This document shows, piece by piece, positions 17,301 through 24,161 of a DNA stretch of 64,000 nt. The notes beneath the pieces were generated by a model. That model was not told the DNA's origin. It saw only the letters and a list, made by a program, of their open reading frames with translations, and made no database searches. The stretch covers positions 1 to 64,000 of IMG/VR virus record IMGVR_UViG_3300010429_001883; one strand, written 5' to 3'. The stretch comes from a virus. Taxonomy: Duplodnaviria > Caudoviricetes. The number at the start of each line of letters is the position of its first letter. The stretch's first letter is position 1. Both the position numbers and the translations under genes were made by a program.

Positions 17301-17738
17301 CATTCGGAATTTGTGGGTTTGAAGATAGTTTTCGATCTCAATGATAGGTCGATCAAATGATCGGCTTTTCTTGAGGATCTTAGCAAGTTCTTCATCATCA
17401 GGCATACGAAAGTTGGGAACTTTCGTTTTCCCGATGATCTGCTGGGCAATGAGATAGTATCCAGGGACTTGAATAAGGTTATAGCGCCAGATATACTCCA
17501 ACTCATTTTCAAGATCGCGTTCACTCATGAACGATGCTGGAGTTTCCGGACTGCAAAACCTTTTCACAAGTTCCAGGACTTTGTCCTTCTCATACTCGTC
17601 TGAACTGAAGGTTTGCCCATTGATTGAGAATGAAAGAATTCTACAGATATTTCCTGCGAATCTTTCAATCTCGATACTGTATGGGCCCACCTCAATCAGG
17701 CTGAGAAGGGCCCGCTGGGCCATCTCCTTTCGATTCAT
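14298..17738 (-). CDS. RNAP-1: single-chain double-psi-beta-barrel RNA polymerase (YonO/cellular-RdRP-like)
   Basis: VKG, IVRNPNL and ASGDFDGD (DFDGD at 15537-15551) in the expected order; Zn ribbon CENPGC...CPGC; 1146 aa. Confidence 0.82.
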   Translation of the reverse strand: MNRKEMAQRALLSLIEVGPYSIEIERFAGNICRILSFSINGQTFSSDEYEKDKVLELVKRFCSPETPASFMSERDLENELEYIWRYNLIQVPGYYLIAQQIIGKTKVPNFRMPDDEELAKILKKSRSFDRPIIEIENYLQTHKFRMRSCLAYTTAKRMGGSIYLVKVIDPNTGQRNTMLGSPQLFEQVMTGRTGVPTIDALYPLGTSTGMVTSATFLYCDEAAFRGNGEDKLGILIGEDCLKARFGPWPEDRIPKQFKNLPVAPSEYPPTPETFERFQDFYAKYGNQPHLTSFTDRSGMELFYVPLMGNEERMSRMSLVTTVKRFVMPCNQLHFESSYFATPSAKSRVRLGEILEKSKKPLLRGIILDRLTQYDGIIAFMPATYGMQLMAASGYISDVTMLQCASSSVKGCIRFLPDHVWESEFGLPLDVDTIRVVFNPKAIKQERRARLDLEAREHRLSMCENPGCSWRWLPLSRNVTKCPGCATPTISYPACEISSDDIGIFSDDAAAKKPYSNVSRQLVARGLPDKDRIKGLIRNELAKIQRVIDLIYTKGNAIEDSFMCEGKVVSQKYSVVEKILEYDNMSQSSLSSFQSAMVLIKMGMAPFHPQVIGRVANLLAKVALKAKCTYKLANKVVANEKGMTHVKYGYRLAAPGIGLKQGECRIPLDFKPIVDANGYITIVRNPNLDCITESDSRKVRTRDSFTAKVVDWSFGNVVELHPEDWATASGDFDGDLAGILPTWATGFCKQGSRLEGLKGENINECDIMSVSEVVDAAYKTLTSKAAIGIEDNRVTRIVFERICKKQNLSDEEKTQLRQHIQRVIEDFKPKHNIIQVDYSDQLEKDFLFVHDHENPVNAILFFNPEKLSSPPTLSGMLLEFVRDTGHKIPYSKDQYLDWWMFLRDYWIWVLNVWLPNNKKLAYQIFNHPYYEIVDDFISLEFTSLIPRGYAGTPYENKYSIIFNQSFMHMYTPIFTAILKELDPLVNASLDIMAVNELKEYALVVMEMYTKLTQQYAEQFDVNSEEGFTSTMEWSEVTRFLHGVVDKEGRIQKPGVVHNLADIMRRVAKPGHYDMISMWFFSLLGAIRATDFRDVLGYNLRTSLIWKVAPTELLQRVFRVYNDQYPEYDEETRQGIEKYFSLFRRHDS

Positions 17739-18055
17739 TGTTCCTCCTCATTGTTCCTCCCGATTTTTTGGATTTCTTCGTCGAAGAGCATGGGCCTGTA
17801 ATCTCCTAGCGCTACTCGCGCAAAGATCAGACCGCTGTACTCTCTCAAGAAAAGAGAAATAACTTTCTCAAGTTCTATCTCAATTCCTCTAAATACTGTT
17901 TCTATCGGTTCCACTTCCAGCAGAATTTCATCTGCTAGTTTTCTGCTTTTGATAATGAAAGGAACTACTAGTTCCCTGCCGTCTAGATTAAGGTATACCT
18001 TAGCCGGCATGTCGTTGTTAAGCCGGCGCGGAAACACTTGAATTTTCTCTATCAT
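17735..18055 (-). CDS. Hypothetical protein
   Basis: ATGA-coupled to RNAP-1. Confidence 0.7.
   Translation of the reverse strand: MIEKIQVFPRRLNNDMPAKVYLNLDGRELVVPFIIKSRKLADEILLEVEPIETVFRGIEIELEKVISLFLREYSGLIFARVALGDYRPMLFDEEIQKIGRNNEEEQ
17846..17862 (-). promoter_or_regulatory. TTCTCTTTT motif copy upstream of RNAP-1 (no hairpin)
   Basis: ctcaagaaaagagaaa is identical over 16 bp to the copy at 21305-21320; it lies about 110 nt before the RNAP-1 ATG. Confidence 0.55.
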
Positions 18056-18581
18056 CGTTTTCCCTCAAGCATACCGCGTTATTGGGAACAGATTGAAGAA
18101 TCTGTCCCATAGATTCCAAAACGGCTTCTTCCTTCATATCAGATCGTTCTGCATCCTCTCCGAAGGAAGGATAGAACGAAATGATAATGCTATTATGAAA
18201 AACACTAGAAAACCTTTTAACAGACTCAATTGTTTTGGAAAAGGCATGTCTAAATTGGGCCACTCCAAGATATTCGGATTTAGATTCGTTGTAGGTTGGT
18301 TTCACAATATAAAACAGACAATCAACTGTTTTACCATAGACTTTTACGCTCCAACCCATATAGTTGGTTAGTGCTGGAGCTTTCTGTATCATTGGAAGAG
18401 AAGAAACGATAAGTTTACAAAACTCATCGTTCTTAGCCATCATAAGGCTAATCAAAGGTGGAACGTAGAGATTCGTCCTATAGGTATAGGACGATATCTC
18501 AATAGGTACAATCAGGATATCTTGATTACCAATTGTACCTATAAGTTCTGCTTCCGTCCGATCAATTAACGTGACTTTCAT
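18018..18581 (-). CDS. Hypothetical protein, possibly a degenerate macrodomain
   Basis: LFYIVKPTY...AFSKTIE...IISFYPSFG...EEAV echoes macro IIHAVGP.Y...AY...SIAFPAISTG...EAA, but the Gly-rich loops are missing. Confidence 0.5.
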   Translation of the reverse strand: MKVTLIDRTEAELIGTIGNQDILIVPIEISSYTYRTNLYVPPLISLMMAKNDEFCKLIVSSLPMIQKAPALTNYMGWSVKVYGKTVDCLFYIVKPTYNESKSEYLGVAQFRHAFSKTIESVKRFSSVFHNSIIISFYPSFGEDAERSDMKEEAVLESMGQILQSVPNNAVCLRENDDRENSSVSAPA

Positions 18582-18870
18582 GTTCTAATGCTCCTAGAGC
18601 TTTTTCAAGAATTGGTGGAAGATTTTGAATAAATTCATGTATCGTGCAGTGCCATACGTTTAGGTCTTGGCTTAACCTAGTTACTGTATCAATACAATGA
18701 ATTCTTGCCTCTTCTTCTGGAGTAAAAATGCAGAATTTATCATTCACTTGTAGAAGACAACAAGTGATGTCGCTGAGATGGTCCCTATGGATAAGCCCGA
18801 GTTTTAAATTTTTGGATAATTTCGAGGAAGAGGATAATAGCGTTTTACAGAAAAATTGCTTCTTGACCAT
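18562..18870 (-). CDS. Hypothetical protein
   Basis: AGGAG RBS; operon context. Confidence 0.65.
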   Translation of the reverse strand: MVKKQFFCKTLLSSSSKLSKNLKLGLIHRDHLSDITCCLLQVNDKFCIFTPEEEARIHCIDTVTRLSQDLNVWHCTIHEFIQNLPPILEKALGALEHESHVN

Positions 18871-18924
18871 CCAGCTTCTCCTTGTTAATAGGTAGAATGT
18901 GGATAATGCATAATCGTCAGGCCG

Positions 18925-19321
18925 GGCTATCCACTATACTCTACTTAGAGCACGAGCATAGTGGATAGCCACGAGCCCGGGAAGCAAGTTACTCGTATAG
19001 GGCCGCTCCCTACCCGTTACTCCCTATACGAGAATCCTATACCTGGAGTAGGCTTGTTAAAGGACATATTAGGGTCTCCTACGTAGGGACTTTCAGTCTA
19101 AAGGATAGATTCTCGCCATTCTCTAAGTTGTTCCCAATAAAATGGAACCTCAACGGGTTTAAACCCGTTGACTTTTCCATTTTCTTCTCCATTAAAGGGG
19201 TTATGTAATTTCTACCTTTTTAGTTTAAGTAACTTATCAAAAAAAGAGAAAAAACAAGACATTGATCGTTTCTGAGTTAACGAAGGGGAATAACGTTAAC
19301 TCATTAGAAATCAATGTCTTG
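18925..19321 (-). ncRNA. Highly structured non-coding tract
   Basis: Perfect stems ggctatccactat/atagtggatagcc, ctcgtataggg/ccctatacgag, tcaacgggtttaaacccgttga and caagacattgat/atcaatgtcttg. Confidence 0.5.
19237..19254 (-). promoter_or_regulatory. TTCTCTTTT motif copy after a long hairpin
   Basis: tcaaaaaaagagaaaaaa is identical over 18 bp to 23081-23098. Confidence 0.6.
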
Positions 19322-19401
19322 CATGGAGAAAATAAGAGGTACGAGAAACATGGAAGGACTGAGACTGAAGGGCGAGAACTAATTCACTTTAAATCAGTAT
19401 T

Positions 19402-19629
19402 TTAGCTCCTTACCATAGAGTGCTTTGAAATAATCGCGTTAAGTTCACGTATAACGTCGATTAGTTTCTTTTTATCGCACTCTATGCAACAGGTGTCCGG
19501 ATCGATATCGACTTGGGACATGTCGCGCAAAGCGAGAACCAATTTTGTGCGAGCAGAAATTGCTTTGGAGACTGAGGAAGATATTTGAGCAGGAGATGCC
19601 GAGGATGATTTGTGCTTATAGCAGATCAT
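19402..19629 (-). CDS. Hypothetical protein
   Basis: AAGGAGGT RBS. Confidence 0.7.
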   Translation of the reverse strand: MICYKHKSSSASPAQISSSVSKAISARTKLVLALRDMSQVDIDPDTCCIECDKKKLIDVIRELNAIISKHSMVRS

Positions 19630-19986
19630 ACGATCACCTCCTTATATGGGATCGTTTCTTACCCTATAAGGGGAAGATCACGCCAACGGCGGCCACAACA
19701 TTGACAGTGTTCCCACGGCCAATGCAGGCCTAAAAGGTTCTTAATAAAGGCCGCGGTGAGACCACAGCCAAGTACCCCATATAATCTCCCCTAATAACTA
19801 GTAATACAACCAATACACCTCTTCCTAGTAAAGGAAGAGATGAATCAGAATCCAAGAAAATTGCAGAAATTAGAAAAGGAATTAGAAGGATTATAGGACA
19901 TTAAAAAGAACCTAGAAATTAATTAAAAAGAATTACAGGAATTAAGAGGAAGAGAGAGTAGGTGTGGTTGCAGAAACTCTGACTGG

Positions 19987-20002
19987 GCAATTTTCGTGCC
20001 AA
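19987..20002 (-). promoter_or_regulatory. Sigma-54 (-24/-12) promoter consensus
   Basis: Minus strand TTGGCACGAAAATTGC is an exact TGGCACG-N4-TTGC match; intergenic. Confidence 0.65.
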
Positions 20003-20073
20003 TCGAAGTTTCACCTTTTTTACACTTTTTTCTCTAAATTCCTGTAATAAATTTTTTTTAAATTTGGGAATTT

Positions 20074-20322
20074 CTAAGAATCGAGTATATTAGCAGAGAA
20101 ATGGTAGTCAGAGGTAGGCTTTCTACCTGCTAATTTATCGATCATATGTTGGGAAATTGCCTTATTAAAGGACTTACAGTTAACGAGAATGGGGATAGCC
20201 TGGCCCGTGACCTGCCAAGATTCACCATCAAATTGACCTTGTGATGCTCCACAATGGCATACACGCCAGTCGGGAAGCATCTTTACCATGTCCTTACATA
20301 CTGGACAGTACATTAGCATCAT
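20074..20322 (-). CDS. Zn-ribbon phage hypothetical protein
   Basis: CPVC..CHCG; GAGGT RBS. Confidence 0.7.
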   Translation of the reverse strand: MMLMYCPVCKDMVKMLPDWRVCHCGASQGQFDGESWQVTGQAIPILVNCKSFNKAISQHMIDKLAGRKPTSDYHFSANILDS

Positions 20323-20327
20323 GGATA

Positions 20328-20561
20328 TTACCTCCTATCCTCCGGTTTTCTTTGAGTATTGCTACTCAACTTTTCCTTATTCCATGCTATTACCCTAATT
20401 CCTTGGGTAAGATAGACAATGGAAGCAAGAATGGAAGCTGACATCCCTAATACCGTGTATATAGGGTCTTCTTGTGTTAGGTAGATAAGGGTTCCTACCC
20501 CGGAACTGAAGAGAGATAGCAGGAAAAGTACTACTGCTAACTGTAGCTTTTTCAATGCCAT
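20328..20561 (-). CDS. Two-TM membrane protein
   Basis: Two hydrophobic helices; AAGGAG RBS. Confidence 0.7.
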   Translation of the reverse strand: MALKKLQLAVVLFLLSLFSSGVGTLIYLTQEDPIYTVLGMSASILASIVYLTQGIRVIAWNKEKLSSNTQRKPEDRR

Positions 20562-20624
20562 AGGTGTTCTCCTTTTTATCTATAATTTAAATAACTTAAA
20601 CTATAGATATGTTTAGGGTTAGTT

Positions 20625-21306
20625 CTACTCTTCTTTTTTACCCTTTTTCCCATAATGGGAAGAGGTTATACCCAAAAAGAGGTAGTAGAGAGATAGATAT
20701 AGAGATAGTTATCCAGTAGTAGTTATTTAATGGACTACTATGTGGATATCGGTTTCGGGTCGCCTGCAAATTCCCATACCATCCTCCGGCCACGTATGGG
20801 TGTGGTTTAGCGGGCCCCCTGCGTAGAAAGGCGTTAATTCGCCTGCCTCTCCCTTAAAAAAGGAAGTCATTCGCAGGAGCTGTCGAGGTCGCCCGAAGGT
20901 CACTTACGACAGTGTTCATGCATTTGAACAGTCCTATTGTATTCATGTGTGGAGATGCCAACGAATAAAAGTCGTTAGCTTTTACCTGTTAATTCAGGTT
21001 AGTCTATGTGCTGCTAGGTTTACCCTGGCCTAGGGACTAGCTGCGCCGTAACTCGCCTGCCGGCGGGGCGCTCCACACAAGTTTATTTTCTGAAGTATCT
21101 TTTTATTAGTTTATAAATTCCGTAGAAGAGTAAGAAGATCCAGAATCCTTGGATTACTAGGATCTTTAGGCAAGTAAATCCTACTAGATCCCACATGGTA
21201 GCCTCCTTGGGATGGATACCGGGATTTTGATGTTACTCAAATAACGAGGTAATCCCGGAAACCTTTGTTATTTGGAAGAATCACAGGTGAGGTACGCTAG
21301 ATACCT
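20625..21306 (-). ncRNA. Large (~680 nt) structured ncRNA candidate
   Basis: No ORF of 60 aa or more in the track; nested stems; GCAGGCGA occurs three times; begins right after a motif copy. Confidence 0.55.
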
Positions 21307-21343
21307 CAAGAAAAGAGAAAGAAGGGGCTTGTTAGGCCCCTTC
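21307..21343 (-). terminator. Hairpin plus TTCTCTTTT motif (terminator/promoter cassette)
   Basis: GAAGGGGC/GCCCCTTC followed by TTTCTCTTTTCTTG. Confidence 0.7.
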
Positions 21344-21463
21344 AGTACTTGAGTTTCTGTTTCACTCCTTCAGACATCTTGAAACCCTGTACTTTTTCGA
21401 AGTGGGTTTCAAAATATCTTTCTTGTTTACGTTGTTCTTTGCGAGACAAGGGTCTCGCGCTGG

Positions 21464-21931
21464 TCAGTTTCCCGCGGGGGCCGGCATCGGAAGGGGGTCG
21501 TTCAGCTTGGCCACCTGTTTCCGCAGGCTGGGGATGAGCTTTTTGACTTCATCCAAGGCCTTGGTCAGCTTTTCAACGTGTTCCTTGCCGGCTTTCTTGG
21601 ACTCTTCGTCCTTTTCATCGGCAAGCTTTTCGTTGAGGCTCTTGATAGCCACTTCCAGTCTAAGAACTTCGGCGTTGGCTACAGCCAGGTAGTCAGCGGC
21701 ATTGTTGGGTGCCAGGCTGTCGATTTCCGTGGCGGACAGCTTCAGCAGCTTGCTGACCTTGATCTGGGCCGCGACGTTCTTCGAGCCTTCGCGGAAGTTC
21801 TTGATGGGGTGCTTGCAAAACGTGACGAGGCTGGTCATCGCACCGTGGATCGCGTCGTGAAACGCGTAATACAGGGCGATGCCGATAGCCGCTCCGAACA
21901 CACCGATCAGCACATTCTTCCAGTTGATCAT
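21464..21931 (-). CDS. Membrane-anchored coiled-coil protein
   Basis: N-terminal TM segment; GGAGGT RBS. Confidence 0.75.
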   Translation of the reverse strand: MINWKNVLIGVFGAAIGIALYYAFHDAIHGAMTSLVTFCKHPIKNFREGSKNVAAQIKVSKLLKLSATEIDSLAPNNAADYLAVANAEVLRLEVAIKSLNEKLADEKDEESKKAGKEHVEKLTKALDEVKKLIPSLRKQVAKLNDPLPMPAPAGN

Positions 21932-21932
21932 G

Positions 21933-22277
21933 TTAATACCTCCATGAGTATTTCATTCTTTTTCGGATTCTGATTGCCCAAAGAAAACAGTCGAAAACCG
22001 CGCCGATGCCGAGGGCAATAACGACAACGCCGAGGTTGGGTGCAGCAAACATGCCAGCTAGGACAGTTAGTGGAAGTCCCAAGTCCAGCATGATTGTTGT
22101 GATAGGGTTGGAATGACAAAATCGTCTGAACCATCTTGGTAGATGGAAGTACAGAGTTACGATGTTTATCGTTCCAAAGAGGATTGCGAGGGTAATGAGC
22201 ATGGTTACACCTCGTTGAGAGATTTCAGAAACACATATAGTCTTGGTAGAACTTTTGGTAGGATTGGTTTGATCCAA
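21933..22277 (-). CDS. Membrane protein (likely start MLITL near 22202)
   Basis: Three hydrophobic segments; GAGGTG before the internal ATG. Confidence 0.65.
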   Translation of the reverse strand: MDQTNPTKSSTKTICVSEISQRGVTMLITLAILFGTINIVTLYFHLPRWFRRFCHSNPITTIMLDLGLPLTVLAGMFAAPNLGVVVIALGIGAVFDCFLWAIRIRKRMKYSWRY

Positions 22278-22591
22278 TTGGTACCAAAGGGTAGTTGCAT
22301 CTTTGATATTCCTTGAGCATCAAGGATAGGCAGAAGTTCTGGGTTTTGCTTAATAGCATTTATGAGTATTTGTCCAGATCCTGGGCCTTTTTGTTGGAAG
22401 ATTGTTGCTTGCTGGTGTATTCGTTTGTACTCATCTTGGAGTTCTCGTGGTGTCTTTTTGGCTACAGCCCTGGCGTTGATGTAACGTACTGGCTGAGTTT
22501 TACTGTTCCACCATCTGTTGAGTTTTCTTGCTCCTACTATAAGCAAGACTGCTTGAATTGTGAAGTAAACGATAAATACGAATTCTAGCAT
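22205..22591 (-). CDS. Membrane-anchored hypothetical protein
   Basis: N-terminal TM segment; AAGGAG RBS. Confidence 0.7.
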   Translation of the reverse strand: MLEFVFIVYFTIQAVLLIVGARKLNRWWNSKTQPVRYINARAVAKKTPRELQDEYKRIHQQATIFQQKGPGSGQILINAIKQNPELLPILDAQGISKMQLPFGTNWIKPILPKVLPRLYVFLKSLNEV

Positions 22592-22601
22592 AGTTTACTC
22601 C

Positions 22602-23051
22602 TTATTTCAGTAGGATGAAAATCAGGGTGGTGACTGTTGCGCCGACGAGACTGCCAGCGGTAATGTATAGCAGAATTTTGGGCGTTGAGAACAACAACCC
22701 TTTGATGAAGATGCTCATTCTGTCATGGATTGGCTCGGGCGGGACGAACACAATGTCCGTTTCCAGCGTTTGCTGGATATGGGGTTCTATGTATCCGCCT
22801 AGCATTTCCATGTCTTCTGCATCGTCGATCATGGCTTGCTGCATTTCTTTTGCCGTGTCGTAGGCCATGGCTGCAGCCGCCGTTTGCCCATTTCGTGCGA
22901 TTCGGTCTGCCTCATTTAAGAGGCGGATAATTTCATTGTTGTCGTCATTGAGTCTTTGCTTGATGGCTTCTCTGTGCTCATGGTCTGGGTTGTTACCCAT
23001 AAGAGTACAGATGCCATCAATTCCTGATTCCAGAAAATCCATGAGTCCCAT
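22602..23051 (-). CDS. Hypothetical protein with C-terminal TM segment
   Basis: AAGGAGG RBS; motif copy 30 nt upstream. Confidence 0.75.
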   Translation of the reverse strand: MGLMDFLESGIDGICTLMGNNPDHEHREAIKQRLNDDNNEIIRLLNEADRIARNGQTAAAAMAYDTAKEMQQAMIDDAEDMEMLGGYIEPHIQQTLETDIVFVPPEPIHDRMSIFIKGLLFSTPKILLYITAGSLVGATVTTLIFILLK

Positions 23052-23080
23052 AGGCTATCCTCCTTAGTTGTAAAATCTAC

Positions 23081-23164
23081 TCAAAAAAAGAGAAAAAAGA
23101 CATGAAAAGTATCATAGCAGGCATGGTAAAAATTGCTGCCATCGATGAAGATGTACGTTTGCAT
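23081..23164 (-). pseudogene. 27-codon remnant resembling a NYN/PIN nuclease N-terminus
   Basis: MQTYIFIDGSNFYHACYDTFHVFFLFF*; it terminates inside the motif copy at 23081-23098. Confidence 0.5.
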
Positions 23165-23252
23165 GAATCCCCCTAAAATAGAACATGGGGTTACAAAGTA
23201 ACCCCATGGAGGTGATAAACTTAGACTCGCAAAGCGAATCTAAGGAGTTTAT

Positions 23253-23303
23253 TCAACCGATGACGTACGCTAGCATGTTGAAAATGTCCAGAATGATGTT
23301 CAT
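23253..23303 (-). CDS. 16-aa hydrophobic micropeptide MNIILDIFNMLAYVIG
   Basis: AGGAGGATAAC-ATGAAC initiation region, the same as at 26416. Confidence 0.4.
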   Translation of the reverse strand: MNIILDIFNMLAYVIG

Positions 23304-23454
23304 GTTATCCTCCTAAGTTTGGTTTTATATAACAGAGGGAGTGCCCTCTATAAGTAGAGCGTCAACAGATGGACACGGCGAGTCTGTTGCCGTACTCGGT
23401 TAAATTTACTATTAGAGACATGTCGTGTCGCGGTGTGGGCCGTGGGGCTAGTAC

Positions 23455-23688
23455 TCACTTATAGAGGTTCACCTCTGTTTTATTTTGGTTTTTGAGAGAG
23501 TACATGCTGTTATATTTCTTTTTATCATATCTTGCTTGCATGAGAGCAGAAACTCCAATGAATGCAGCAACTATAATGGGTCTTCCTACTTTGTATATTG
23601 TTATTGCGAGATCTGAAGCTTCTGCCACTTGGCCGAGGATTGGAACATGCTTACCTAGTTTTTTTAGATTTTTGAAGTATTCATTCAT
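23455..23688 (-). CDS. Small membrane protein (full-length paralog of 26294-26416)
   Basis: AGGAGG RBS; hydrophobic central segment. Confidence 0.7.
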   Translation of the reverse strand: MNEYFKNLKKLGKHVPILGQVAEASDLAITIYKVGRPIIVAAFIGVSALMQARYDKKKYNSMYSLKNQNKTEVNLYK

Positions 23689-23742
23689 ATTATCCTCCTA
23701 TCAGGCTAGTATTCACACCGGTTGGCGAATCTCTTCAAGAAT

Positions 23743-23958
23743 TCAATCTTGTCCTGGCATCTCTCTGTCTTGGCGAGTGCTTCCCTGGCCACGGGCTTCA
23801 GTGCCTCGACCAGGAGGTACTTCTTGTGGGCGTACGCCCACCCCGAACATGTCGGTGATGCGGATGAGGAACCCGGCGGTCAACCGGCCCACGCACTTGT
23901 AGCAGGTGACCGATCCCTCGTCAAACGACTTCCACATGCTACCCCTGAGGTCCTGCAT
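23743..23958 (-). CDS. Hypothetical protein
   Basis: GGAGG RBS upstream; the reading frame is otherwise uncertain. Confidence 0.4.
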   Translation of the reverse strand: MQDLRGSMWKSFDEGSVTCYKCVGRLTAGFLIRITDMFGVGVRPQEVPPGRGTEARGQGSTRQDREMPGQD

Positions 23959-24161
23959 GGCTCAGATCCTCCAAATTCAAAATGATCTGGTCTCGTCCTT
24001 TCAAACCGCCCCCTCCGGGCCATCTCATCGGAACATACCCGGAACGTAGGGGCGACGGTAATGCCCTTAACGGCAGCGGTAAATTGTCAACGAAACGACA
24101 AGCCAAATACGAATCGGGCGTCATCCCCGGATGTACGCCCGGAAATGACGCCCTGAATTCC

